Origin: an uncultured delta proteobacterium | GTDB taxonomy: Bacteria; Myxococcota_A; Polyangia; Polyangiales; Polyangiaceae | Reading direction: 5' to 3' | Assembly (NCBI GenBank): GCA_963716725.1 | Contig: CAVQUB010000011.1 | Span: 416,001-480,000 of the forward strand | Length of the DNA stretch: 64,000 nt | Shown: piece by piece, positions 8,663 through 19,038 of the stretch | How positions within the stretch are numbered: position 1 is the first letter of the stretch | Layout: every line of letters starts with the position of its first letter | The notes under the pieces: generated by a model | Databases searched by the model: none | What the model saw: only the letters and a program-made list of their open reading frames with translations | What the model was told of the DNA's origin: nothing | Made by a program: the position numbers and the translations under genes

Positions 8663-9927
8663 CAGCCGCCGTCCTTGGCTCCCGCGTCACCACCATCGGT
8701 GCCCCCATCGAGATTGCTGGGACACCCAGGCAGAATGACGGGAGGAGCTTCGACGCCGAAGCTCGCCTGGCGAGCGTCAAACCCGATGCCGACCGAGAGC
8801 GCGTCGCAGGCGGCGGACTCGGAGTTGGTGCCGTTGTAGAGCACGTCCGCGTTCAGCGCGAGCTGCCCTTTCATCAAGTTGTAGAGCGGGTGCCCGCTGC
8901 AGAGGCCTAGATCCTCGAAGGCTTGACCCAAATCGGTGAGGCGTGCGCGACCGGCGATGGTGCCGTCCTCCATGCGGTAGCTGCCCTCGAATTCGACGAT
9001 CTTGGCCACCACGATGGCTCGCTGAAGTTTGAGCGGGTAGGCCCAGGCGGCGCTCTTGCCAGGAAACCAGAAGTTGGTGTTCTCCGGCAGCTGCCCGACG
9101 ATGTATCCGTCGCGCACGTAGGCGCTGGGGTCGTTGAGCAGCGCGCTCGGCAGTTGTGCCGGCGTCACGCTGCCGTCGAAGGTTCCCTTCTGAATCGTCC
9201 ACTTGTCCGCGGGTTTCCAGCAGGGGTTCGCCTTCCATGCGCCGTTCGACTTGAGCTCGCAGGCCCAAGATGGCTTCTTCTCGAGGCCCGGCGACGGGTA
9301 GAAGTCCAGGCGCACGTTCTCGTCGTTCGGGGTGCCGTTCCACTTGGAGAGACGGAAGACGAAGTTGTAGTCACCGCGGCACAGCGCACAGTTGAACGCG
9401 TCGTTGCTCAATCCAAAATCGGTACCCAAACCCTGCAGCGCGATGGCGTCCGATTCGAGGCGACCAAAGGTGTTGTCTCGACACTCACGACCATCGCCGG
9501 GCGCGGCCCCAACCGGGGTGCAGGGCATGGCTTTGGGCTCGACACTGCAGGTCTCGGAGTTCGTGCAGATCCCGTCCAGGTCGAAGCCGAGCGTCTTCCA
9601 CGCGCCATCGGTCGCGTCACCATTGCGATCGAGCGAGCCGAGCGCCATCGAGTTGATGGCGAAGTGCAGATCGGGCACCGAGTCGGCGGGCGTGTTCTTC
9701 GGTCGGTGCCCAGGGGTGGGCACCCCGGCGGTCACGCAACCGTCCCCGCCCTTCTTGCTCCACCAGCCGACGCCGCTGCCCCACTGCTCGGGTGGAACCG
9801 AGCTCGCCGCGCTGCCTTCGAGCAGCGACTCGTCGTAGACCTTGCAGGAATGGAGCGCGACCAGGGCCGCCAGGCCGGCTCCCAATGCCTTGGCCGCTGT
9901 GCGGGATGTGTTCGCGCTGCTGCTCAC
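8662..9927 (-). CDS. Cys-containing exported lipoprotein, hypothetical
   Basis: Signal peptide ending ALHSC. GFDLDG...DG..CRDNTFG and CDALSVGIGF motifs typical of myxobacterial lipoproteins. Its stop overlaps the EVE start. Confidence 0.75.
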   Translation of the reverse strand: MSSSANTSRTAAKALGAGLAALVALHSCKVYDESLLEGSAASSVPPEQWGSGVGWWSKKGGDGCVTAGVPTPGHRPKNTPADSVPDLHFAINSMALGSLDRNGDATDGAWKTLGFDLDGICTNSETCSVEPKAMPCTPVGAAPGDGRECRDNTFGRLESDAIALQGLGTDFGLSNDAFNCALCRGDYNFVFRLSKWNGTPNDENVRLDFYPSPGLEKKPSWACELKSNGAWKANPCWKPADKWTIQKGTFDGSVTPAQLPSALLNDPSAYVRDGYIVGQLPENTNFWFPGKSAAWAYPLKLQRAIVVAKIVEFEGSYRMEDGTIAGRARLTDLGQAFEDLGLCSGHPLYNLMKGQLALNADVLYNGTNSESAACDALSVGIGFDARQASFGVEAPPVILPGCPSNLDGGTDGGDAGAKDGG

Positions 9928-9960
9928 GGTCCTGGTGGAGGATAGCCTCGCGGACGCCCT

Positions 9961-11301
9961 TCAGTCCAAGTCCCGATCGGCAACGTCGAGGAACAGCGGG
10001 CAGTGGTCGGACAACTCACGTTCCGCGGCGCCCGGACCGCCGGCGGGAGCCGCAGCGCACGCTGAATCGCCGCATCTGCCGGAGACCCGGGTCCGCGGCG
10101 CGGCGCCGAGCTCCGCGAAGGACGCCGAGGCGACGAAGTGGTCGAGCAGCGTACCGTGCCCGCGGTAGTACTCGGAACAGGTCGCGCTGGCGGGGATCCG
10201 GCGGTAACGCGTGGAGAGGGCGCCCAGCGCGCGGTCGGTGCTCGCGAGCTCGTCGGTGGCCGAGATCGCCGGCGAGCAGTCCTTGCAGCCCATGGTGTTG
10301 AAGTCGCCGGCCAGTAGCACGTCGGAGTCGCCCTCGACTCCGAGCAACGCGCGGTGCGCCGCGACGATGGCCGAGATCGATTTGTTGCGTAGGTCCAGCG
10401 AGCGACGGTCGCTGCCGCTCTTGCTGTGGATGGACACGAAGTGCAGATCGAGTCCGCCAGGCAGAGTCAGGTGCAGCGAGAAGCCCGGCCGCAGGCTGTC
10501 CTTGCACGCCTCGCCGTGGGGATTCATCGCCGCGACGGTGGTCGCGCCTTTGGCGGCGACGCGGCGCGCGTCGTAGATCACGCCCACGTGCTGGGCCGCG
10601 GTGTTGGGGCAGTCGTCGAAGGCTGCGGCCCACTTGCCTCGGGTATGACGATCGAGCGTGCCCAGCAACTCGGTCATGGCCAATCGTGCTCGCGCATTCG
10701 TCTTGAACTCCTGCACCGCGAGCGCGTCCACGTTCGACCAAGCGACGATGCACGCCAGCCAAGGCAGATCCGTCCCGCCGCCGTCCGCGCCCTTGCCGGG
10801 CTTGCCATCGGGGAACCAGCGGACGTTCCAGGTCCCAAAGCGCGCCGTGCCTTCCGGCTTTGGCAGCCGACGACCCTCGGAGAGCGCGCGCTCACAGGCC
10901 CCTCGAGAGGCCCACGGCGATTCGGCAGCTGACGAGGGACCGGCGTCCCGAGCCTCGATCGCCACCGGCGCTCCCGCGCCCGCCAGGTAGCGACGAGTGA
11001 GCCATCCCCGGGTGCCGTCTGCGGCGCGCACCTCGAGCCAACTCCCGTCGGGGCTCTTGGTGAGGACCTCGACCTCGCTGCCATCGGCGAGGCGGGCCGA
11101 AATCGCAGCTGCGCGTTCGGTCGGATGCAGGGGCACGCCGTCGGGTTTCGTGGCGCGCAGGCGGACCTTCTCGCCTGCGTGAGCTGCGCTCGCTGCCGGA
11201 TTCGGGGGCGCGCTCGACGCTCCGGAGGGCGACGGGAGCGTCCGGCCGTCGCGACAACCGCTCGCGCACGACAAGAGCAAAGCGGCGAGCCACAGGCGCA
11301 T
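9961..11301 (-). CDS. exported SH3 + endonuclease/exonuclease/phosphatase (EEP) protein
   Basis: TWNVRWF, AVQE, LAGDFN, LLDHF and SDHCP EEP motifs. SH3b-like segment WLEVRAADGTRGWL. Lipoprotein-like signal. Confidence 0.85.
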   Translation of the reverse strand: MRLWLAALLLSCASGCRDGRTLPSPSGASSAPPNPAASAAHAGEKVRLRATKPDGVPLHPTERAAAISARLADGSEVEVLTKSPDGSWLEVRAADGTRGWLTRRYLAGAGAPVAIEARDAGPSSAAESPWASRGACERALSEGRRLPKPEGTARFGTWNVRWFPDGKPGKGADGGGTDLPWLACIVAWSNVDALAVQEFKTNARARLAMTELLGTLDRHTRGKWAAAFDDCPNTAAQHVGVIYDARRVAAKGATTVAAMNPHGEACKDSLRPGFSLHLTLPGGLDLHFVSIHSKSGSDRRSLDLRNKSISAIVAAHRALLGVEGDSDVLLAGDFNTMGCKDCSPAISATDELASTDRALGALSTRYRRIPASATCSEYYRGHGTLLDHFVASASFAELGAAPRTRVSGRCGDSACAAAPAGGPGAAERELSDHCPLFLDVADRDLD

Positions 11302-11321
11302 CCGCGGCACGCTATCACGCC

Positions 11322-12272
11322 TCACTCGATGCTGATCTTGGCGTCGAAGCGGCGACCCGCAGCGTGGACGAAGTAGGCCCGACCGGGCACGCCGGGGCGC
11401 GGCGGGTCGAAGCCCATCGCCACGGTGTGACGCGGATCCTCGTAGTCTTCCTCGGGCTCGACCGACGATAGAGTGACCTCGATCCGCAACGTCTCGGATC
11501 CTGCCTTCGCCTCCGCCTTGCTGAGCGCGAAGCGACCTGTCTGCAGGAGCAAGAGCGTGCGATCGACCAGCCTCGAGATGTGCGCTGGCAACGCATCGCG
11601 CTTGCTCACCACACTTCGCTCGATGCGGCCTTCTCCGTCGATCACGATCACAACGCTCGCCGCGCCCGCCGCGCCGATCGGGAGGTCGTCCCAGGTCGGG
11701 TCTTTGTGTGTCGCGGCGGTGACCGCCTTGGCGAACGCCTTGGCCAAATTTGCGACGCTGGGCGCCGACCCGCTGGTCCCCGCGCTCGGGCTCCCGGCAG
11801 CATCGCCGGCAGGCGCGGAGGCCGCCGCAACGGAAGCAGCGCCGCTCGCGGATCCGGGCTCGGATCGCCGCGGGGCGGGGGCGGGAACGGTCGCGGGGGC
11901 GGTCGCGGGGGCGGTCGCGGCTCGCCTTCTGGGCGAAGCGCGCCGCGCGGGTGCAGGCGCAGGCGCAGCGGTCGCCGGATCGGGTGCAGGCGCAGGCGCA
12001 GCGGTCGCCGGATCGGGTGCGGGCGCTCGTGCCGTGGCTTCGGGCTCCCCGGCCGCAGCGGCGGCGCCGGGCGCCACGGGTGCCGCGGCGGCCACGCGCT
12101 TTTGGGCCTCGATGACCACGTCGATATCGAAGGTGTCACCGCTGACGCTGGCGCCGCTCTCTCCTCGACTAGTGCTGCTGGCGCCGCGAACCGTCATCAG
12201 CACCGCGAGCCCAAAGACGAGCGCGTGGACAAAGGCGGAGACCGCCAGGGCGGGACGGAGCGGCTCGACCAT
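11322..12272 (-). CDS. TonB/TolA-like single-pass membrane protein with Pro/Ala linker
   Basis: N-terminal TM segment with SAFVH, a long PA-rich linker (33-bp tandem duplication at 11948-12013) and a C-terminal IVIDGEGRI domain. Confidence 0.6.
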   Translation of the reverse strand: MVEPLRPALAVSAFVHALVFGLAVLMTVRGASSTSRGESGASVSGDTFDIDVVIEAQKRVAAAAPVAPGAAAAAGEPEATARAPAPDPATAAPAPAPDPATAAPAPAPARRASPRRRAATAPATAPATVPAPAPRRSEPGSASGAASVAAASAPAGDAAGSPSAGTSGSAPSVANLAKAFAKAVTAATHKDPTWDDLPIGAAGAASVVIVIDGEGRIERSVVSKRDALPAHISRLVDRTLLLLQTGRFALSKAEAKAGSETLRIEVTLSSVEPEEDYEDPRHTVAMGFDPPRPGVPGRAYFVHAAGRRFDAKISIE

Positions 12273-12375
12273 GGACGACGACACGGCGATTGTGACACCC
12301 GCGGGCGGCTCCGGGTTCCGAGGCAGGCATTGTCGGCGGAATCCGCTAGGGTGGCCTGGCGTTGGAGTGCATGAA

Positions 12376-13581
12376 ATGGCGTGGACTCGCAGACTCTTGG
12401 GACTCGGACTTCTGGTCGTCGCCTGCCAAAGCCCACCGGTGGAGCGCTCCCCGAGTGCAGACACCGGCGCATCGAAGAACGCAGCGGGCTCGGCGGAGGC
12501 CCCGCTGTCAGCGAGTGCGGTCCCGCCCATCGTCCCCGCGAACAGCCTCAGCGAGGGTGAGTTCACCCGCCTGTTCCACGAGCTGTCCGAGCCCGACCGC
12601 TATTTCTTCAGCGACAACTTCGTCTCGAACGAGACGAGCTATCTGCAACCCATCGCCGAGCTCAGCGCCCGAGCAGCCAAGGGCGGGGCCTACCTGGGGG
12701 TCGGACCGGAGCAGAACTTCAGCTACCTCGCGCTGCTCGAGCCGAAGCTCGCGTTCATCGTGGACATCCGCCGCGCCAATGCCCTGGAGCACTTGCTCTA
12801 CAAAGCGATCTTCGAAGAGGCCACATCGCGCTCCCACTTCGTGGCGTTGCTGCTCGCGCGCGACTACGACGCGGAGACAGATCCCGGCCCTTCAGCGCCG
12901 ATCAAGGCGGTGCTCGCCCATGCCACGCGCAGCACGCCAGATCCAAAACGCTTCTTGGATCTGCACGCGATGCTCGTGAAGAAGCTCCAAAGCAAGGGTC
13001 TCTCTTTCGGAGCCGAGGACCAGAAGACGCTGACGGCGACTCACCGGGCATTCTTCGATCGGGGCCTCGAGCTTTCTTTCGAACTCCACGACAAGAACGG
13101 CCGCAAGTACCCGCGCTTGAGCGAGTTGCTCTCGGCGGAGGACTCCCGGGGCTCGACGGGCTTCTTGGGGACCGAGGCCGCGTTCCGCACCGTGCAACAG
13201 CTGCAGCGAGACAACCGCATCATCCCCGTGGTGGGCGACTTCGCAGGCGACCACGCGATCCTGCGCATCGCAGCAGAACTTCGTCGCCGGGCCCTCCCGG
13301 TGAGCGTCTTTTATACGTCGAACGTCGAGCAGTACCTGATGGAGCCGGACAAGTGGAAGGCCTGGACGCGCAATGTCGAAGCGCTCCCGTCCAACGAAAA
13401 GAGCCTGTTCTTACGCTGCTACCTCGATCAAGGCCGCCGCCACCCGCTTCAGCTCCAGGGGCATCGCACGGCGACCGTGGTGGCGTCGTTCGACCACTTC
13501 AAGTGGCGCAACAAGACCCGGGGCTACGGCAGCTTCTTTCAGTTGGTAACGGACGGGCTCGGCGCCGACGCCGGTCACTGA
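12376..13581 (+). CDS. conserved hypothetical lipoprotein
   Basis: The ATG at 12376 gives lipobox VVAC. Globular domain with YFFSDNFVSNE, YLGVGPEQNFSY and FYTSNVEQYL motifs. Confidence 0.75.
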   Translation: MAWTRRLLGLGLLVVACQSPPVERSPSADTGASKNAAGSAEAPLSASAVPPIVPANSLSEGEFTRLFHELSEPDRYFFSDNFVSNETSYLQPIAELSARAAKGGAYLGVGPEQNFSYLALLEPKLAFIVDIRRANALEHLLYKAIFEEATSRSHFVALLLARDYDAETDPGPSAPIKAVLAHATRSTPDPKRFLDLHAMLVKKLQSKGLSFGAEDQKTLTATHRAFFDRGLELSFELHDKNGRKYPRLSELLSAEDSRGSTGFLGTEAAFRTVQQLQRDNRIIPVVGDFAGDHAILRIAAELRRRALPVSVFYTSNVEQYLMEPDKWKAWTRNVEALPSNEKSLFLRCYLDQGRRHPLQLQGHRTATVVASFDHFKWRNKTRGYGSFFQLVTDGLGADAGH

Positions 13582-14909
13582 AGCTTGGGCAGCAGGGGCA
13601 GCGCGTCTTTCACCAGCACCGTCTCTGCGAGCTCGGCCGCGACGGCCTCCGCCTCTTTCTCATCATCGAAGAACGCGAGCTGGTGATCGAGCTTCTTCCG
13701 AGCGTGCGCGGTCCCGACGTTGAGCAGCGCGCCTCCGTAGCCGGAGCGGCCCTCTCCCGAACCGAGGCGCTCGGCGACGCGGGCGACTCCGCCGGCGCGG
13801 TGGATCGCCGTGCGGGTGCTCTCGGTGCGTGTCACCGCGTCATCCAGGGTCGTTCGCACCCCGGAGCTGCCCGGCACGATGGCCACCGCAAGCTTGAGGT
13901 AGTCCAGGTAGTCGCCGCTCCCGCGCCAGATGCGCATCACCTGCCGATAGATGTTCGAGGTCGGAAGCCCCGTCATCGCGTCGAGCACGGTGAGCAGCCG
14001 ACCGAGGCTGTCTTCGGCTTCGAGCCGAGCACCGAGCCAGCTCCGGTAGTCCGAGCTCGCGGCCAGCTTCCGTTGCAGCGCGCGGCCCCGCTCGAGCTCG
14101 GGCAGGCGGTCTCGATCGCGCTCGGGATAGGCTGCTCCTACACCGGAATCGTCGTTGCTGTCGCGCACGACGCCGAGCAGCACCTTCCGCACATTGGACG
14201 ACAGGCTCGCGGAGCCTGCATCGGTGGCGCGGGCGGTGAGCCCGACGGCGACGATGGCCACCTCGGTGCGACCCAGACGTTCGCGATCCGACTCGATGCG
14301 CGCCAGGACGAGCAGCAGCACCGAGTGGTAGTCCTGCCGGCCAACCTGGTACGGCAACGCAAAGGGCAAGGCTCCCCCCGAGTCGAGCGTGTCGAGCTGC
14401 CGAACCAGGCGATACTGCTCTTCGCGGCCTTCGTCGATGGCGCGCCGGACCCTCACCAACTGCGACAGCAACGAGCCGAGCGCAAAGTCCAGGCGGCGGA
14501 TCTCGTCGTAGTCGGTGTGGACGTGATCGCGCGCGAGTTTCCAGCCGCGCGTGGCACGCTCCCGATCCGCGGCGGACATGTCAGCGGTGAAGGTCAGCCG
14601 TTCGGGCACGATGCGCTCGACTCGGAATCGCGAGTTGTCGTCGGCGACGCGCACGAAGAAGGCGACCTCGCGCTGCTGCAGGGCGTCGAGGGCGACGATG
14701 CCTTTTTGCGCAAGCACGCGGTAAGCGTCAAAGCTGCCAGCCCGCGCGCTTCTCTCCACCTTCAAATAGGCTTCGGCGTAGTGAGTGTAGGAGCCGGACA
14801 CCCAGGCCTTGCCGTGCAGGTGTGCCAGCGGCGTTTCGGGCTGCCGAGGCGTACAGCCCAGCACGCCGACCACCAGGCTCTCGATGAGGAGCTCCCGGCG
14901 GGTCCACAT
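13575..14909 (-). CDS. hypothetical exported lipoprotein (possible Tat signal)
   Basis: TRRELL followed by VLGC. Start overlaps the upstream stop. Confidence 0.7.
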   Translation of the reverse strand: MWTRRELLIESLVVGVLGCTPRQPETPLAHLHGKAWVSGSYTHYAEAYLKVERSARAGSFDAYRVLAQKGIVALDALQQREVAFFVRVADDNSRFRVERIVPERLTFTADMSAADRERATRGWKLARDHVHTDYDEIRRLDFALGSLLSQLVRVRRAIDEGREEQYRLVRQLDTLDSGGALPFALPYQVGRQDYHSVLLLVLARIESDRERLGRTEVAIVAVGLTARATDAGSASLSSNVRKVLLGVVRDSNDDSGVGAAYPERDRDRLPELERGRALQRKLAASSDYRSWLGARLEAEDSLGRLLTVLDAMTGLPTSNIYRQVMRIWRGSGDYLDYLKLAVAIVPGSSGVRTTLDDAVTRTESTRTAIHRAGGVARVAERLGSGEGRSGYGGALLNVGTAHARKKLDHQLAFFDDEKEAEAVAAELAETVLVKDALPLLPKLQ

Positions 14910-16087
14910 CAGAGCACCGTGAGGTTCGAATAATTCTGAAACCGCTCGGCGGTCGCGCCCGGGCGCTTCGACGCCACGCCGGGGGGCCCCGCATTTCCCC
15001 TGGCGCCCGACGCGCCCTCGACTCCCTCATTTCCATCTGCCCCTGCCGGATGCGTCCCGGATCCGCTCCCGCCCCGGCCGACCGAGCCACCGCGTCCTCC
15101 CGCTCCACTCGCCCCGGCAGAGCCGCCGCCCACGTCGAGAGCGATGAGTCCGCCCAGCTCCGGGAATCGCTCGTCGAAGATCAGCTCGATGCGACCGCCC
15201 GGACCACCGCTGCCACCGTTGCCACCGTTCCCGCCTGGCCCTCCCGTGCCGCCGGCGCCGGGTGGACTGCCGCCGCCCCCGCTCCCACCGTCGCCCCCAC
15301 GCCCACCGCCCGCGCCGCCACCACCCGCGCCGCCCCGCGCGACGATCACCAGTTTGCTTTCGGGATGAAAGAGCACGACATCGCTCACCGCGCCTTCGAT
15401 CCGAACTGCAACGAGCTTGTCGTAGAACGCCGTCTTGACGAAGGTCGCCCGGACGACCAGCTCGGGTCCATTTCCGCCCTGGCCGCCGGGACCGCCGGGC
15501 GAACCCGGCGATCCGTCACGGCCGGATCCACCCGCGCTGCTGGATGAGCCCGAGGAACCGGACTCGCCGCTGCGCCCGCCCTCGCCCGCGCGACCCGTCG
15601 GTCCCATGGACCCCTCGGCTCCCGCCTCGCGAATGCAGCGGTAGTCCGGCTTGTAGGTGGTGGTGAAGGAGAACTTGTCGGGGCGCCGTCGGTACACGCT
15701 GGTGATGCTGATTTCCTGCGCGGCCGTCGCTAGCACGTCGGCCTTGGGCGTGAACCAGCCGCTCGCATCGAAACCGCCGTGCTCGCTGTGAAATGCGAAG
15801 TCGTCGAAGTCGAGCTTGCCGTTTCTGTTGGCCCCGGCCTCGCCGCCCCAAGTCTCGAGCTTCTCGACCTTTGCCTCGCCGGCAAGCACGACGTCCGCGA
15901 ACACCGCCATTTGCACGCGCTCTCGCGGACAAATGGTCTTCTCGCGCTTTCGGATGTCGACGCTCATCGACTTCACGTCGGCGCCCTCCAGATCGACCGT
16001 GTTGGCTCCGGCCAGCGTGCGCAGGGCCCCGCAGCCGATCCCGACGGTGGCCAGCGAGATCAGCGCCGCGAGCCCGAGTCGCCTCAA
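14909..16087 (-). CDS. lipoprotein with collagen-like Gly-X-Y repeats
   Basis: Lipobox GIGC and several G-x-x runs. TTGA overlap with the ftsH stop. Confidence 0.75.
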   Translation of the reverse strand: MRRLGLAALISLATVGIGCGALRTLAGANTVDLEGADVKSMSVDIRKREKTICPRERVQMAVFADVVLAGEAKVEKLETWGGEAGANRNGKLDFDDFAFHSEHGGFDASGWFTPKADVLATAAQEISITSVYRRRPDKFSFTTTYKPDYRCIREAGAEGSMGPTGRAGEGGRSGESGSSGSSSSAGGSGRDGSPGSPGGPGGQGGNGPELVVRATFVKTAFYDKLVAVRIEGAVSDVVLFHPESKLVIVARGGAGGGGAGGGRGGDGGSGGGGSPPGAGGTGGPGGNGGNGGSGGPGGRIELIFDERFPELGGLIALDVGGGSAGASGAGGRGGSVGRGGSGSGTHPAGADGNEGVEGASGARGNAGPPGVASKRPGATAERFQNYSNLTVL

Positions 16088-17994
16088 GCCGTCCCCGTGG
16101 GGGGGTCGAAGAGCGCCACGATCCGATCGCGATCGAGGGTCTCGTCCTCCAGCAACGCATCGACCATGCGGTCGAGTTCGGCCCGCCGCTCGCCGATCAG
16201 CAGCTTTGCGCGCTCGACCGCCTCGCTCAAGAAAGTCCGCGTCTCTTCCTCGATGACGTGCACCGTCGCGTCACTCGTGCCTCCTTCGATGGCGAGCCGT
16301 TGACCCAAGAACGGATGCTCGGTTCGGTGCTCGTGATACACGGGGCCCACCCGCTCGCTCATGCCGAAGTGAGCCACCATTTTGAAGGCGATGTCGGTGG
16401 CCTTCTGCAGATCGTTGGCAGCTCCGCTCGAGACGTCACCGAAGACGACGCTCTCGGCGGCGTACCCCCCCATCAGCATGACCAGTCGCGCGGAGAGCTC
16501 GGCTCGCGTCATGATGTGGCGATCCGCGCCCGGGGTCTGTTGGGTCACGCCCAAGGCCATGCCGCGCGGGATGATGGTCACGCGCTCGAGGGGTTCGGAG
16601 TCTTTCGTGAAGTGCGCAACCACGGCGTGCCCAGCCTCGTGCACGGCCACTCGCTTCTTCTCGTGGGGGTCGAGCTTCGTCTCTCGCGGATCCCCGAGCA
16701 CGATCTTGTCGTAGGCCGCCAAGAAGTCGCTCTGCTCGATGAAATCAGCGCCGCGTCGCGTCGCGCCGAGGGCCGCCTCGTTCACCAAATTTGCCAGATC
16801 GGCGCCGGAAAACCCCGGGGTGTTCCTGGCGACGGAGTCCAAGTTGATCTCGGGAGCCAGGGGTTTGTCCTTGGTGTGGACCACGAGGATGGCGCGGCGA
16901 GCCGCGCACTCGGGGCGATCCACCATCACGCGCCGATCGAAGCGCCCCGGTCGCAGGAGGGCCGAGTCGAGCACGTCGGGGCGATTGGTGGCCGCGAGCA
17001 CGATGGTCAGATCGTTGCGCGAGAACCCGTCCATCTCGGACAAGAGCTGATTCAGGGTCTGCTCCCGCTCGTCATGGCCACCGCCCATGCCGGCGCCTCG
17101 CGAGCGCCCGACAGCGTCGATCTCGTCGATGAACAGGATGGCGGGCGCTACCTTCTTGGCTTCCTCGAACAGCTCGCGCACGCGCGCCGCCCCGACCCCG
17201 ACGAAGAGCTCGATGAACTCGGAGCCGTTGATCGAGAAGAACGGAACCTTGGCTTCGCCCGCGACGGCGCGAGCCAGCAAGGTCTTGCCCGTTCCCGGCG
17301 GGCCCACCAGCAGGATGCCGCGCGGGACCTTGCCGCCGAGGCGCCGGAAGTGCTCCGGGTGGCGCAGGAACTCGACGACTTCGAGCAGATCTTGTTTGGC
17401 CGAGGCGAGGCCGGCGACGTCGTCGAAGGTGACGTTCACCTGACCTTCGCGCTCGAAGCGGTGCTTTCGGCTCTTGAGCATGCCGCCCGCGCCGAAGGGC
17501 CCGCCCGACCCCATCATGCGAGAAGCGCGCCGCGAGAACCAGACCCAAAGCCCGATGATCAAGGCAAAGGGGATCAAATTCACCAAGAGCTGGAGCGCAA
17601 AGGGCTGCTCTTCGCTCTTCACCGAGACCTCGACGCTCTTGCCCCGGAGCAGCGGCAAGAGGTCCCGGTCGTCCTGGCTGGGAACCATCGACTTGAAGGT
17701 CTCGATGGGACGACCCTCGATGTTCTCCTTCTGCTTGAGCTTACCGGTGACCTGCTGACCACGCAGCGTCACGTTCCGGACCTTGCCTTCGTCCGCGAGG
17801 CGGTAGAGCTGCGTGTAGCTGATCTCCGGATGAGGCTCGCTGACCGAGCCAAAGTACTGCCAGGCCCAGAAGCTGGCCAGCAGGAGCGCGAGGATGACCC
17901 AACCCTTCCACGACGGACGTCCGGCGGATGTGGATTCCCCGGGAGTCTGGGGCGACTCCGGCGGCGACGCAGGCGGTGGCATGCTCTGGGACAT
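16084..17994 (-). CDS. ftsH: ATP-dependent zinc metalloprotease FtsH
   Basis: Two TM segments, Walker A GPPGTGKT, Walker [21 protein letters not shown]...RPGRFDR and HEAGH zinc motif. Confidence 0.97.
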   Translation of the reverse strand: MSQSMPPPASPPESPQTPGESTSAGRPSWKGWVILALLLASFWAWQYFGSVSEPHPEISYTQLYRLADEGKVRNVTLRGQQVTGKLKQKENIEGRPIETFKSMVPSQDDRDLLPLLRGKSVEVSVKSEEQPFALQLLVNLIPFALIIGLWVWFSRRASRMMGSGGPFGAGGMLKSRKHRFEREGQVNVTFDDVAGLASAKQDLLEVVEFLRHPEHFRRLGGKVPRGILLVGPPGTGKTLLARAVAGEAKVPFFSINGSEFIELFVGVGAARVRELFEEAKKVAPAILFIDEIDAVGRSRGAGMGGGHDEREQTLNQLLSEMDGFSRNDLTIVLAATNRPDVLDSALLRPGRFDRRVMVDRPECAARRAILVVHTKDKPLAPEINLDSVARNTPGFSGADLANLVNEAALGATRRGADFIEQSDFLAAYDKIVLGDPRETKLDPHEKKRVAVHEAGHAVVAHFTKDSEPLERVTIIPRGMALGVTQQTPGADRHIMTRAELSARLVMLMGGYAAESVVFGDVSSGAANDLQKATDIAFKMVAHFGMSERVGPVYHEHRTEHPFLGQRLAIEGGTSDATVHVIEEETRTFLSEAVERAKLLIGERRAELDRMVDALLEDETLDRDRIVALFDPPTGTA

Positions 17995-18002
17995 GGCGCC
18001 CT

Positions 18003-18398
18003 TCAGGAGTCGCTACGTTCCGGATCTTTGCGACGACTGGGCGCGGTCGACGCTCCGACCACCCATTCGAGCTCCGGCACGACCTCGTCGAACTCGATGG
18101 CCATGCGATGCGGCCAGAGACCATGTGGATCGGCTTCGTTGTTCTCCACGCGAACGACTCGTCCCGTGACGCGCTTGGGCACCGCCTGGTCGGGCAGCTT
18201 GAGGGAGACCTCGATGGGCGCCCCCGGGTCGAGGGTGCTGGCGGTGAGCATGAGGACCCCGCGACTGCTGGCATCGTGCGTCACGGCGATGCCTTCGCGG
18301 AGGGCGTCGACCTTGACGGGGATCCAGACTTGGAAACGATCGTTCTCGCGGCGGGGCATGGCTGGGCGGAGCATAGCCGTTTTCCGTCGAGTGCCCAA
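18003..18398 (-). CDS. single-domain PilZ protein
   Basis: RRENDR (RxxxR) and DASSRG (D/NxSxxG) motifs. The start is probably a downstream ATG. Confidence 0.8.
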   Translation of the reverse strand: MGTRRKTAMLRPAMPRRENDRFQVWIPVKVDALREGIAVTHDASSRGVLMLTASTLDPGAPIEVSLKLPDQAVPKRVTGRVVRVENNEADPHGLWPHRMAIEFDEVVPELEWVVGASTAPSRRKDPERSDS

Positions 18399-18427
18399 CG
18401 CTGCTATAGCGAAAAAGTCACAGAGGA

Positions 18428-18922
18428 ATGCTCATGGCGAAAGACATCACTCAGACCGTCACCTTCGACGCAACGCCCGCGGTCGTCTACCGCGCGCTGG
18501 TCGATGCCAAGCAGCACGCCCTCATGACGGGCAGCCGAGCGACCAACGACGGCAAGGTCGGCGGCACCTTCAGCGCCTACGACGCGTACATCGTCGGCTT
18601 CAACATCGAGCTGTCGAAGGGCGAGCGCATCGTGCAAGCGTGGCGCGCCAACGACTGGAGCGACGGAGCGTGGTCCATCGCGCGCTTCGAATTGAAGCGA
18701 GCGGGCACGGGCGGAACGCGCTTGGTCTTCACTCATCACGGAGTGCCCGACTCACATCACAAGGGCATCAGCCAAGGTTGGAAGGACTACTACTGGACGC
18801 CGCTCGGCGCGTGGTTGAGCGAACGCGCGAAGAGGTCCGGTAAGACCAAGGCGACGAAGTCCGGTAAGGCCAAAGCGACGAGGTCCAGTAAGACCAAAGC
18901 GACGAAGCGCAAGGCGCGGTAA
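18428..18922 (+). CDS. SRPBCC/AHSA1-like protein with Lys-rich tail
   Basis: VYRALVD...RIVQAWR...GWKDYYW START-fold pattern and a basic repeat tail. Confidence 0.85.
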   Translation: MLMAKDITQTVTFDATPAVVYRALVDAKQHALMTGSRATNDGKVGGTFSAYDAYIVGFNIELSKGERIVQAWRANDWSDGAWSIARFELKRAGTGGTRLVFTHHGVPDSHHKGISQGWKDYYWTPLGAWLSERAKRSGKTKATKSGKAKATRSSKTKATKRKAR

Positions 18923-19038
18923 CCGGTCGCGCAAACCCCGCGCCGCCCCGCAATCTTTTCAACACCGAGGCAGCGCAGACGTGTAGGGAAAGCCCCGCCC
19001 CACCCCGATCTCGCGACAATGCAGCGGCGGGGGTCGCC

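Noticed and set aside
15793..18843. 1016-aa plus-strand ORF
   Set aside because: Antisense shadow of ftsH and PilZ in high-GC DNA.
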